From the sequence record OR620964.1: 64,000 nt of DNA; one strand, 5' to 3'. The notes under the pieces are model-generated. The model was not told the origin of the DNA. It made no database searches and worked only from the letters and a program-made list of their open reading frames with translations. Positions 35,665-45,248 of the stretch are shown here, one piece after another (position 1 is the first letter of the stretch; every line of letters begins with the position of its first letter). Both the position numbers and the translations under genes were made by a program.

Positions 35665-36141
35665 TTATGACCCATTAGATTCGATTGACTCTCTGCATCC
35701 AATTTTATTGAGTATAATGATTCCCTGATCAAGCCACATGTCTTCATCAACAATAGAAGATATCAGATTACTTAGGCGATCTCGATTATTCGCGCCTACA
35801 AGGAATTCACCATCAAGTAAAACATACTGAGGTCCTGTGCCAAGGTTGATCTCATTCAACTCATAGTGAAAATGAGTATGATTGTTTTCTACCTTGTGGT
35901 AATCAACATCTGCGTTGTCTTTCTGATCCTGCGTAGAAAGCACAGTTACAACCTCAGGTGGGATACCCATAAGGGAACAGAATAATGCAGGGAAGCCTAC
36001 GTAGTTACTTGGCGTAATATCCATCTGAATAACAGATACCTGATTAGTTTCAAGCATTGTTTTAAAGCTGGAAGCAGTAAGGTGACTCAGACTATCAATG
36101 ATATTCTTGGTGAAGTCTTTGTTCATGATCGGGGATTCCAA
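35665..36141 (-). CDS. Hypothetical protein, about 153-158 aa
   Basis: Start may be ATG 36126; preceded by the motif variant CTGTAAATG at 36159-36167. Confidence 0.75.
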   Translation of the reverse strand: MESPIMNKDFTKNIIDSLSHLTASSFKTMLETNQVSVIQMDITPSNYVGFPALFCSLMGIPPEVVTVLSTQDQKDNADVDYHKVENNHTHFHYELNEINLGTGPQYVLLDGEFLVGANNRDRLSNLISSIVDEDMWLDQGIIILNKIGCRESIESNGS

Positions 36142-36183
36142 TAAGTAGGTATATCTAGCATTTACAGATATACATACAAATAC

Positions 36184-36208
36184 AAAAAGGAGCAGCCTAA
36201 GCCACTCC
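36184..36208 (-). terminator. Rho-independent terminator
   Basis: GGAGTGGC-TTAG-GCTGCTCC-TTTTT. Confidence 0.85.
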
Positions 36209-36219
36209 TTTCATTCCTA

Positions 36220-36837
36220 CTAGGATATGCGCACAATATGCTGCAATGGTCGCAGGGTTGGATCTGACATTGCCTTGATAAGGCTTTCCATATGGATATC
36301 GTTACCAATAATCCAGTTAGCAGGATCGACAACGACAAGACTAGGCTTGTGTGCAACTTGTTTTGCTATGGTACCGCAAACACGTCCATAGGTTGCGGCA
36401 TCACGGACTTGGTAAGTTGTGATATGTTTTAACACATCTTGTTCCCCAAGTGATTCGCCAATACTATCAATTGTCTGCCGATCGATATCTGACGCCAGAA
36501 GAGTAACGTTAATAACGCTATGCGCAATCTTACCCTGGATCATCATCAGCTTCATTGCTTTGATGTACTCAATACACATCGCTATAGACAGAATTGTATT
36601 ACCACTACGCTGGGGTAATTGCAGTCCGATAACTCGGTAATCGCGTAGCCAAAGCCAATCGTATTTAATACTGTCACTACACTTGATTTGTTTTATAAGC
36701 TCAGGCAATTCTGATTTATTGTCTGTCATATCCCCTGCGATTCGCGCGGCGGCTTCATCAAATTCGTTATACGACAAAGAAAGAAATTCTTTAAACAAAG
36801 TGATGGAGGCGGCTTGCAGTGCGTTTGGAACAAACAT
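36220..36837 (-). CDS. Hypothetical protein, 205 aa, with degenerate P-loop-like motifs
   Basis: LPQRSGNT and LVVVDP resemble Walker A and B. Confidence 0.75.
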   Translation of the reverse strand: MFVPNALQAASITLFKEFLSLSYNEFDEAAARIAGDMTDNKSELPELIKQIKCSDSIKYDWLWLRDYRVIGLQLPQRSGNTILSIAMCIEYIKAMKLMMIQGKIAHSVINVTLLASDIDRQTIDSIGESLGEQDVLKHITTYQVRDAATYGRVCGTIAKQVAHKPSLVVVDPANWIIGNDIHMESLIKAMSDPTLRPLQHIVRIS

Positions 36838-36848
36838 ATTTATACCTC

Positions 36849-37052
36849 TTAGTCTATTGGTTTATCGGTATCTACTCTATCTTTAGGATAATAGTAGGGT
36901 ACTGTTTTATACAGGAAGGTACTATCATGATTCTTTTTATCTTGCTTCTTCTTTTCTAATCTAGATCTTTGATCAATAGCATCAAAGATACCTACACATC
37001 GGCAGTAACGAAACTTTGGATGTACAGAAATATGTTTTACAATTGCCGTCAT
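36849..37052 (-). CDS. Hypothetical protein, 67 aa
   Basis: GGAG RBS. Confidence 0.65.
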   Translation of the reverse strand: MTAIVKHISVHPKFRYCRCVGIFDAIDQRSRLEKKKQDKKNHDSTFLYKTVPYYYPKDRVDTDKPID

Positions 37053-37067
37053 ACATTCTCCTTACGG

Positions 37068-37592
37068 TCAATCATCCGTGCTGCTGATTCGCTCAAGTTC
37101 ATATGCCAAGTAATCCTCCCAAGAATAAAATCCATCTTGAGCCAGAACAGGATCGTACTGACGATTTATCTTAGACCCTTTAGGAAAGCGAATACGATTA
37201 GATATTCGTTGGATCTTATCGTACATATATGTCGCATGCCGAACAACAAGGTGAGACATAGGCAAATGTTTCTGCAAAAACTTACAACTGAACATTAGTG
37301 GGAAGTCTGGCAGTAGTGTAACTGACGCTCTCTGTTTCTCTACTCTTGGTATATAGTTATCAACTTTGATCTTACCCTCTGGCTTAGTGTAGTACCACTC
37401 ATCCAGTGACTCCAATCCATAGGTTTCCTCATAGACCATAGCTTCATACATGACCATGAGAACGGGCTTCTCTTCCTTTTTATTCTTATAGGCCAGTAGT
37501 ATCTCGGCATACGTGCCAAACTTCTCTTCCATGACTGCTTCTAGAATTGAGGCGTAGCGCAGAATTTCAAATTCAGCAAGAACATTACTCAT
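37068..37592 (-). CDS. Hypothetical protein, 174 aa
   Basis: GGAG RBS. Confidence 0.8.
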   Translation of the reverse strand: MSNVLAEFEILRYASILEAVMEEKFGTYAEILLAYKNKKEEKPVLMVMYEAMVYEETYGLESLDEWYYTKPEGKIKVDNYIPRVEKQRASVTLLPDFPLMFSCKFLQKHLPMSHLVVRHATYMYDKIQRISNRIRFPKGSKINRQYDPVLAQDGFYSWEDYLAYELERISSTDD

Positions 37593-37597
37593 ACGTT

Positions 37598-39193
37598 TTA
37601 CTCCGGGAATATTTCTTTTTCAGAAAACTTCTTAGCAACGAACACAGCATCTGGGCTATGTAACTCGTCACCGTCTAATAACAATAGTGCTCCATCATGC
37701 TCAAGGGAATAAACACCCTTAACATTCGGGCAGTTTAAAATCGCATCGAATAAAAACTTACTCTCCCAACCTGCTAGCATATGGTTGAGTATTCGCCTAC
37801 TGATCTTTTTACGCTTCTCACTAAGATTAGGATCGTAGCTAGAACCAGTGGCACACGTTAGCACACCATACTCGGCACGATTAGAATTTATGTTCTTGCG
37901 GAACTTAGAATGGTATACGCGCAGCAATTCGTTAATGCCGTAGAACAAAGGTGTTACGCGTGTATTCCAATCAATAATTCTATTTTTAATCGTGTGCTTT
38001 GGATAGTGCTTTAGGAATTCCTTATAGGCATTTCCATACGGGCTTGCTTCTAGTTGTCCAGCCGAGAAGATCGTTGAATATAAAAGTACCTTAGCAGATG
38101 ATTTAGGTAATTCAAATATTCGAGCAACGTCCTCAACAGAGGCAAACGTATCAAAGAATTTAAGATCAATATTGTTTAGTTCAAACTCTTTTCGCAATAC
38201 GTTGAACTGGCTTGACTGCATATCCCAATTCGTACCTACCGTATAGCAAACTTGCTTTAATGCTGAGGGTAGGTTCTGGAATCCACCGCCTATCTCAAAC
38301 AATCTACCACCAAGTCTGGACAATCTATATCTAGGCCAGTATCTTATGACCAGAGGACTTGTGCTAACAATTTGTACAGGGCCAGCGACTAACGTATCAA
38401 GTAGCGTCTTGACCTGCAGGTATTGTTTCTTAGCACGATGATTGGCAATCAACGACCTATCTTCCAAGTAAGCAAGTATAGGTTCTATGTTCACTTCATT
38501 TGGTAATAGCTTATTAAGGATTTTTGTGTAGTTTCGTCTAGCCTCCCTATCCCTACTTCGATGCAGTGATTTTAAATCATGCGTAGGTCGGTTAAAAGGT
38601 AGTTTAGAATTCTTTTCAATTTGAGACCACACCGTTATACCATAATCGTCTCTTAATATCTTTAACGGACTATAGAATCGTATACGGTGTAGAATATCCT
38701 CCGACGTGTGAGGTTTAATATGACCATACATGCCGTCTAAGACTTCTTGCCTGAGCCTAAACTCACGACTCTTTCCCTTAGCCTTATTGTATGGCTTGGT
38801 TTCTATTATATTGTCTTTCAGCCACTCTAGAGACCGACTAAATGTTCCCTCACTCTTAGAATATTTACCTACGGCAGTTGATTTACGTGCACCTAGATGC
38901 CCAAACACCATAGGAAGTTTATCGTGACCCAATTCACTAGAAAAAGGTACCCAAACACGTCCAAACTTCTTTTTCTTATCTTTTCTTGCAGGATAAAGAC
39001 TGCATTGTAGAATATGCCAGAAGAACAGGTTGAGTTGTGCGCGGAATTCACGTAGATCCGACGCTGACCCATTGTACGGACACGCATTTATAACATTATC
39101 GCGCACCCAAATAACGACCTCTTTCTCCTGGTAGGATGGGCTAGTGATTAATACAGCCCCTTGCCCGGAAACGATTCGTTTTTTCATATACAC
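37598..39193 (-). CDS. PolA-superfamily polymerase-like protein (TV-Pol-like), no exonuclease domain
   Basis: GGRLF..GGGFQNLP, motif A NWDMQSSQ, motif B AKVLLYSTIF, GWES, motif C LEHDG in the correct order. Confidence 0.6.
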   Translation of the reverse strand: MYMKKRIVSGQGAVLITSPSYQEKEVVIWVRDNVINACPYNGSASDLREFRAQLNLFFWHILQCSLYPARKDKKKKFGRVWVPFSSELGHDKLPMVFGHLGARKSTAVGKYSKSEGTFSRSLEWLKDNIIETKPYNKAKGKSREFRLRQEVLDGMYGHIKPHTSEDILHRIRFYSPLKILRDDYGITVWSQIEKNSKLPFNRPTHDLKSLHRSRDREARRNYTKILNKLLPNEVNIEPILAYLEDRSLIANHRAKKQYLQVKTLLDTLVAGPVQIVSTSPLVIRYWPRYRLSRLGGRLFEIGGGFQNLPSALKQVCYTVGTNWDMQSSQFNVLRKEFELNNIDLKFFDTFASVEDVARIFELPKSSAKVLLYSTIFSAGQLEASPYGNAYKEFLKHYPKHTIKNRIIDWNTRVTPLFYGINELLRVYHSKFRKNINSNRAEYGVLTCATGSSYDPNLSEKRKKISRRILNHMLAGWESKFLFDAILNCPNVKGVYSLEHDGALLLLDGDELHSPDAVFVAKKFSEKEIFPE

Positions 39194-39220
39194 ATCATGT
39201 TTACCTGAATTCCTATCGTA

Positions 39221-39229
39221 TCTTTACAG
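39221..39229 (-). promoter_or_regulatory. Putative phage promoter motif variant CTGTAAAGA
   Basis: 28 nt upstream of the polymerase-like ORF. Confidence 0.5.
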
Positions 39230-39672
39230 AATTTTAGACAAAACTTAGATCCGGCTGATCTTTTGACTCAAACAGCTTTTTTCTTCTTTCGATCCAAAAA
39301 TACATAGCTACACATCTTAAACAACATAGCTTGATCATAGCTACATAGAGATATACAGCTACGGCATACAACGCTACATACATGCTCATTGAACGCTGGC
39401 ATTGATATAACGCAGGTACATCTTTAGGCATTAAATAAATTTTAAGGGAGAATCGCGGGATTAGGGTACCTAGGCAGCCTATAGCAGCCAATACATAGCT
39501 CATGGCGCAAAACAGCCGGAAAATTTAGGTCGACTAAACCGTGCAAATAATTTTTTAAAAACACCCTTTTTTCCGAAATCCACCTGATTTTTAGGATTGA
39601 AAAACGCTGAATTCTCTAAAACCATGAAAAAACAGCGGTTTAACGCACTTTTACGAGGGTATAATTTTTGTG

Positions 39673-40272
39673 TTATTTTTTCCTTTTCACACGATTCGCC
39701 AATTTCTTTCCAATTTGTCTAAAAATACGCTCTACAGTTTCGCTATCATGCGATTGCATTGCATTCATTAGCTGTTCACCTTGGGCAGAACTTAGCTCAG
39801 GCATCACCATTTTAAGCATTTGTGACCGTGCTTTAGCAGCTGGGCTCTTAGAACGTGAAACAGAGCACTGTTCACCATGATTCTGTCGTTCTACTAACAG
39901 AACCCGTCGCTTATCTCCGAATATCTCATTGAATATGTCGCCAAATATATCTTTTAGATGGTTTTGGTGCTCAGGACTGCATTTTACGAATTTGCTGACG
40001 CTATCATGAGTGAAAGGATCTGACCCCTCTGCGGAGCCGTCTACGGCCTGTGTGGCTGTCTCCCTGACCAGATCCTCCGGCAAGGATTTGAACCCTTTCT
40101 TCGCAGGACGCTTCGCCGGAACATACGATCCGTTGTCCTCAAACGGAACCTTACCTGTTAACTCATTGGGCTTTGTTTCATCCAAAGGTGGCATATCTTG
40201 ACGGGCATCATCCGTTGTCCGTGTGAAGCGCCGCGTAATAAGGCCGTCATTTAAGCTGATTGATATCTTCAT
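39673..40272 (-). CDS. Hypothetical protein, 199 aa, with MKISISLN tag
   Basis: GGGG RBS; charged low-complexity sequence. Confidence 0.8.
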   Translation of the reverse strand: MKISISLNDGLITRRFTRTTDDARQDMPPLDETKPNELTGKVPFEDNGSYVPAKRPAKKGFKSLPEDLVRETATQAVDGSAEGSDPFTHDSVSKFVKCSPEHQNHLKDIFGDIFNEIFGDKRRVLLVERQNHGEQCSVSRSKSPAAKARSQMLKMVMPELSSAQGEQLMNAMQSHDSETVERIFRQIGKKLANRVKRKK

Positions 40273-40280
40273 TAAAACCC

Positions 40281-41384
40281 CTATTTGATTGCATAGCCTT
40301 TGCCAATATTGTACTGTGGCTCTTTACGTTGAACAGCACGGGTAGTAACAACCCATTCCCAACTTTGATTCTTAGCAGTACGCTTTTTAGGCGCCTCTGT
40401 TACTTTAAGCACATACTTCTTAAACGGAATGATCAACAAGTCTTCTGGCTCTATCATTCCGGTACGCGCAGGTAGAACAACTGTGATATTACCGACAGTA
40501 AGTTCCTGATCGTAGTTTAATGTATTGGCCTCTTCACTTATGTTGCCGTTTGTGATAGCCACACCTAAATCGAATACCATTACGCAGTGGGTGAATTGCT
40601 CAATATCCTTAATACGAATAGTAATATGCTTACCGCGATGCTGATCCAATAATTCTTTTGTCAGTTCTGTCTCAGTTCCATTGATGACAGCAATTGGCTT
40701 TGGATAGGCTGGCATTATATTCTCATTCAGGCGAATACTATATTCAGCCTTTTGGAAATATTTAGGAATCAACTGATCGAAATCAACATAGCCACCTTTA
40801 TCCTGCTGTTCAAATAGCAGTGGTGCGGCTGCACGATTCATGTGGTATCCCACCAGCGCCTTAACGTGATGGTGTGTCATGACGTTATAGATAAAGCCTG
40901 TTGCTTGGAACCCAGGTTGAATGCCCTGACGATAACAGATACCACAGTTAACTACGTTACCACCATCATAGCGAACATCCGTATTTTCACCATCTGTCAT
41001 CAAGTCTGCTGCATCAAGCAAGACACGCTCACCCTCTGTCATATCATCAAGAGATATGATTTGGTGCGCACCACCAAACATTGTACGACCAGATGTATTA
41101 AGAGTTACACCTGCTGATTGTGGATCGTGGTCTGTGCTTAAACTTTTACCTGCACCTGTTTCAATATCAAGTGCATCGTTGGCAACTACGTTACAGCTAC
41201 ATGTCAGACCAAACTTGGCTTTCTTGTATATGATAACCTGAGTGCTGTCTACGGCAAGTGCCTGTTCCACCTTAGACTGCACGACTTCAATAACACTATC
41301 CAATCTTTTTTGGACACGGTCATGTTCATATGTTTTATGACGACTATAGGTGTTACGGGGTTTCCCGTTATTAAGCCAGCTCAT
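40281..41384 (-). CDS. Hypothetical protein, 367 aa, probably virion structural, with CxC and CxxC motifs
   Basis: GGAG RBS; LTCSC and CGICY; a head-closure role is speculative. Confidence 0.8.
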   Translation of the reverse strand: MSWLNNGKPRNTYSRHKTYEHDRVQKRLDSVIEVVQSKVEQALAVDSTQVIIYKKAKFGLTCSCNVVANDALDIETGAGKSLSTDHDPQSAGVTLNTSGRTMFGGAHQIISLDDMTEGERVLLDAADLMTDGENTDVRYDGGNVVNCGICYRQGIQPGFQATGFIYNVMTHHHVKALVGYHMNRAAAPLLFEQQDKGGYVDFDQLIPKYFQKAEYSIRLNENIMPAYPKPIAVINGTETELTKELLDQHRGKHITIRIKDIEQFTHCVMVFDLGVAITNGNISEEANTLNYDQELTVGNITVVLPARTGMIEPEDLLIIPFKKYVLKVTEAPKKRTAKNQSWEWVVTTRAVQRKEPQYNIGKGYAIK

Positions 41385-41486
41385 AGATAGATCTCCTTTG
41401 TCTGCTCAAAATTACTAAATAGCACAATTCTCACCTTTTGCCCTTAAAATGATTATTTATAAGCAGACAATAAAAGGATAATTAAA

Positions 41487-42035
41487 ATGCGCATTCTAGC
41501 GGGCGACCCAGGTAAGGTAAACTTCGCGCTATCGATTATCGAAGTAAACGGAACAAAGATAGAGTTCCTTGGTACTCGCATGTTTAACCGACCTATACAA
41601 AATCTTACTGGCGATATGCGTCAAGTAACAAAAGAGTTTTTGGATGAGATACGCAAAATCGATAAGCAATACGGACCGTTTGACGGCATGTGCTTTGAGC
41701 GTTTCCAATCTCGTGGCTTAGGCGGTAACACCATAGAAGCAATCAGTTTGATGCTTGGTGTACTGTGCTCTTATGCATTGACTAAGAAAATACCAATAGA
41801 TATCATTACCGCCAGCCAGTGGAAGAACGCATTCAATAGGACTATGGATTTAAAAGGTCTTTATGAAGAGTTTAAACTCACTTCGAAGAAAAGCCCGAAA
41901 GCTATTCATGAGTTTGATGCATCGCTTATTGGTGTGTATAAGTTTTATAAACAATCGAACATAAAGCCGTTTGTTGGTATGAATAAAGTAATATACCCTA
42001 TGATTGAAAAGTTCTTAACGTGCCCAACGCTCTAA
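41487..42035 (+). CDS. ruvC: RuvC-like Holliday junction resolvase
   Basis: ILAGDPG, MCFERFQ, HEFDASLIG acidic triad pattern. Confidence 0.8.
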   Translation: MRILAGDPGKVNFALSIIEVNGTKIEFLGTRMFNRPIQNLTGDMRQVTKEFLDEIRKIDKQYGPFDGMCFERFQSRGLGGNTIEAISLMLGVLCSYALTKKIPIDIITASQWKNAFNRTMDLKGLYEEFKLTSKKSPKAIHEFDASLIGVYKFYKQSNIKPFVGMNKVIYPMIEKFLTCPTL

Positions 42036-42075
42036 TAGTTTTATTTAGGTAGTGCCTAATATCAGGCCATACAAT

Positions 42076-42084
42076 CTGTAAATA
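42076..42084 (+). promoter_or_regulatory. Putative phage promoter motif CTGTAAATA
   Basis: Exact motif on the plus strand, 35 nt upstream of ATG 42119. Confidence 0.6.
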
Positions 42085-42118
42085 CCAGATAAGTGTAAAT
42101 GAATAGGTTCTAACTAAA

Positions 42119-42754
42119 ATGGTCGCTAAGAAAAAGAAACTCATTCCTATAAAAACAGTCACGGTCCTAGAGGCAGATAAAGGGCCAGTGGCTACATGTC
42201 CTGAAATGGAAGAACAGAACTTCCAATTTCATTTTCGTGGTAAGTGTCCTATGGTACGCTGCCAATATTGTACTACTGTTACACCTAATGGTTGCATGGC
42301 ACTAGACAGAAAAGAAAGTGCCGAGCGTACAATCAGCAACAAGGAGATTTATCATTACAAGAAAGGCTTGTTCCCTGAACTCGAAGACAGCGACCAAAAG
42401 CAACTGGACGCTCTCGTCCGTAAGTCACAAACTCGTGCCCGTGTTGCTATCTGCCTTGATATGTTTATCCATTCCCTTGATGGTTCTAATGTTGATAAGT
42501 CATTTCAATATATTCCCCATCGGCATACAACGGTAGACCATGTTCATGAGTACCTGATACAGACATTCCCTGCGTACTTACCTTGGATGCTTGTTCACTT
42601 ATCTGATGTTGATAAGTTCAATGAGGTTGTAAGTCAAGTAACGCAATCAGAACTTAACCTAGGTACAGCACTTAAATTAACGCCTAAGAAGTATCAGACG
42701 TTTTGCCAAGCGCTGCGCCAGATGAAAGACTCTTCTGGAGAAACCAATGAGTGA
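42119..42754 (+). CDS. Hypothetical protein, 211 aa, with Lys run and Cys cluster
   Basis: MVAKKKK; CP...CPMVRCQYC...GC. Confidence 0.8.
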   Translation: MVAKKKKLIPIKTVTVLEADKGPVATCPEMEEQNFQFHFRGKCPMVRCQYCTTVTPNGCMALDRKESAERTISNKEIYHYKKGLFPELEDSDQKQLDALVRKSQTRARVAICLDMFIHSLDGSNVDKSFQYIPHRHTTVDHVHEYLIQTFPAYLPWMLVHLSDVDKFNEVVSQVTQSELNLGTALKLTPKKYQTFCQALRQMKDSSGETNE

Positions 42755-44486
42755 ACTTACATTCGAACAGTACAAGATGCTGCTCACGCGTAACGTTCTG
42801 ACTGACGCATCTTTAATGGTGCGTAATAGTAGTCAGCCACGCGGTGACCTAGCATTTGAAGTGCTGGGCGACAACTTTAAAATGAAGCAGATCATTCTGC
42901 CTGGTCAACCTGCTATTCATGACTTGACCTATTTTGCTCCACTGCAAAACCTGCTAGCATCAAGCGCATTGAAAAAGCTGGTCGATACACACCAGCTTGT
43001 TATTCTCAATCCAGATGATCTGCCTGATGTAACTATACCTCTGCCAGAAACAACAATCACAGCCGCTCATGCAGGTGATGTTGTTATTGCTGGTCGTACT
43101 GCTCCTAACGCTACTGTAGTTATCATGCAGGGTGAAAATTCATGGACTGGTGTGTCTGGCGTTGGTGGTACATTCAGTATCCCTGTGTCAGGTTTGGTCG
43201 AAGGACAAGTAACACTGTTTGTGTCTGCTACTGGTTACGTTAGTGAGACATTCCAGTTTACTATTGCTGCTAAAATTGATTCTGATTATCCAGTACCTAC
43301 TGTTACCAAGGCCGAATATCTTGGTACAGAGATCACAGGCCAAACTGTTCCGAATGCTACTATTGCACTTGGTCAAGATACTACTGATGCAAATGAAGAT
43401 GGTGAGTTTACTCTTGCCTTGTCTACGCCTCTGGGTCTGACAGAAGTCAATCTGACTTTCTCTGCTGCTGGCTACAAGCCTTACGGTATGTTGATTACTC
43501 CATCAACAATTCCAATGAATGTTAGTCTGGATGAAGTTGCGTTCTTTGCAACTACTGTATCTGGTACTGCCGTCGCTGGTGCTGTGGTTAATATTCAGAT
43601 CACAGGGCAGACCGATGTTGCTGCCGAAGTAGATGTCACTGGTAACTATACTGCTACTGTTCTTCCTATTAAGGGAACTGTTACAGTCACTGCTACTGCC
43701 GCCGGTTATCAGAATGATAGCGCAGTCGGTACTCCTGCCAAGTTAGTTCTTGGCGCAATCACAGTTAATCCAGTTACACAGGGCAATACTTCTGTTTCTG
43801 GATCTGTTGCAGGCGTCAATGCTAATGCCGATGATTTGACTGTTCAAGTTATCACCCCGAGCAATGAAGTTACTGGTAACGTTGTTACTGGCAACTTTAA
43901 CGTTAGTGGTGTTAATACTTCCGTCGCTGGCTCAGCTAGTGTCACAGTCAAATCGGCATACTATGCAGATAAGACTCAGGCTTTCACCATTGTAGCGCTT
44001 CAAGAAATCCCTGATCCTACAGTAGAACCATTAGTTGAAGGTGCTGTATTAGTTTCGGGAACCACTATTGCGAATGCTAATATTACGTTAACGCAGAATG
44101 TTACTACTGCGACTGGCCTGTCAAATGGCGTAGGTGCTTTTGATATTGATATTGCTGCACTCTCTGCTGGTGAGTTAGAGATTGAAATCGCAGCACCTGG
44201 TTATATCACAGAAGTGTTTGCGGTTAATGTTTCTCAATTACCTACTGTGCCTGCACCAACTATCACACAAGTGACAGCGGGTGACGAGTCCGTCAGTGGT
44301 ACTACGGTAGCTAATGCTACAGTGACTGTAGAACAGGGCGCTATTACTGGATCTGTTGTTGCTGGGCCAGACGGCTTGTTCACAGTACCTATTAGTGGCC
44401 CGATTGCCTTAGGTGATTATACAGTTAGTTTGACTGCACCTAACTATCGTCCAGCTACACATACATTCCAAGCAATCCCTGCTTAA
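42747..44486 (+). CDS. Virion-associated protein: N-terminal module plus six tandem Ig-like repeats
   Basis: Six ~80-aa beta-rich repeats with G-T-x-x-N-A-T-V and A-x-G-Y motifs; GGAG RBS. Confidence 0.8.
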   Translation: MSELTFEQYKMLLTRNVLTDASLMVRNSSQPRGDLAFEVLGDNFKMKQIILPGQPAIHDLTYFAPLQNLLASSALKKLVDTHQLVILNPDDLPDVTIPLPETTITAAHAGDVVIAGRTAPNATVVIMQGENSWTGVSGVGGTFSIPVSGLVEGQVTLFVSATGYVSETFQFTIAAKIDSDYPVPTVTKAEYLGTEITGQTVPNATIALGQDTTDANEDGEFTLALSTPLGLTEVNLTFSAAGYKPYGMLITPSTIPMNVSLDEVAFFATTVSGTAVAGAVVNIQITGQTDVAAEVDVTGNYTATVLPIKGTVTVTATAAGYQNDSAVGTPAKLVLGAITVNPVTQGNTSVSGSVAGVNANADDLTVQVITPSNEVTGNVVTGNFNVSGVNTSVAGSASVTVKSAYYADKTQAFTIVALQEIPDPTVEPLVEGAVLVSGTTIANANITLTQNVTTATGLSNGVGAFDIDIAALSAGELEIEIAAPGYITEVFAVNVSQLPTVPAPTITQVTAGDESVSGTTVANATVTVEQGAITGSVVAGPDGLFTVPISGPIALGDYTVSLTAPNYRPATHTFQAIPA

Positions 44487-44544
44487 TCTGATCTTAAAAA
44501 CGGGCATCTTTTAGGTGCCCTAAAACAATCTATGGAGCCTTATC

Positions 44545-45177
44545 ATGAGTAGCGCATCTTTTAAAGTTACCCCAATCACACTGACAGAATACAACACACA
44601 GTACGGAGCAGATCCAGTAGCACCGTTATACGTTCTAAACCGTACTGTTCCTCGCGGTGATATCGCTTTTAACTGCCAGAACGATATGGGCCAGACTGTT
44701 CCTGTTATCATTCCTGCTACCTTTATTCCAATCGATTTGACTACTCTGGTACCTCGTGAAAACTTGATCAAGTCAAGTTTCTTCCGCGGTATCTTGCAGA
44801 AGAACTCTCTGGTGATCATTGATAATAAAGCGGCCGAGAATTTCTTGAGCACTAACAGCAATGCTCGTCGTGAGTACGGCCGTTTAAATAAAATGACCGA
44901 AGAGCAATTGAAAGCTGCATACGTTGATCTGGGCGAAGAGTCTGCTGCGCGTAGCAGTGCACCACGTCTGGAAAATGAATCTCTGTCTACCAATAACTTT
45001 GTCAATGCGTTGATTGAACGTGCTGCTGGCGGCGAAGATTCAGATGATAACTTAGAGCGTGAATTCCTGTCTAAGTACGATACACTTAGCCGTGCAGATC
45101 TCGAAGTATTACGTGCAAACATAAGTCATCCTGCGCTGGTCAGCCTGATCATTGATGCTATCGAAGACCTCGCATAA
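44545..45177 (+). CDS. Hypothetical protein, 210 aa, sharing the N-terminal module of the Ig-repeat protein
   Basis: PRGDIAF...IIP...DLT...NLIKSS vs PRGDLAF...ILP...DLT...NLLASS. Confidence 0.85.
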   Translation: MSSASFKVTPITLTEYNTQYGADPVAPLYVLNRTVPRGDIAFNCQNDMGQTVPVIIPATFIPIDLTTLVPRENLIKSSFFRGILQKNSLVIIDNKAAENFLSTNSNARREYGRLNKMTEEQLKAAYVDLGEESAARSSAPRLENESLSTNNFVNALIERAAGGEDSDDNLEREFLSKYDTLSRADLEVLRANISHPALVSLIIDAIEDLA

Positions 45178-45193
45178 GTACAAGATTTAAACC

Positions 45194-45234
45194 AAAAAAA
45201 AGGGGAGACGCCAATTAAGGTGCCTCCCCTTTTT
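45194..45234. terminator. Bidirectional Rho-independent terminator between convergent genes
   Basis: A8-GGGGAGACGCC-AATTAA-GGTGCCTCCCC-T5. Confidence 0.88.
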
Positions 45235-45248
45235 CATATCTATGCGAG

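Noticed and set aside
39234-39503. 89-aa hydrophobic ORF
   Set aside because: No RBS, and its sequence derives from short DNA repeats; not called, though not excluded
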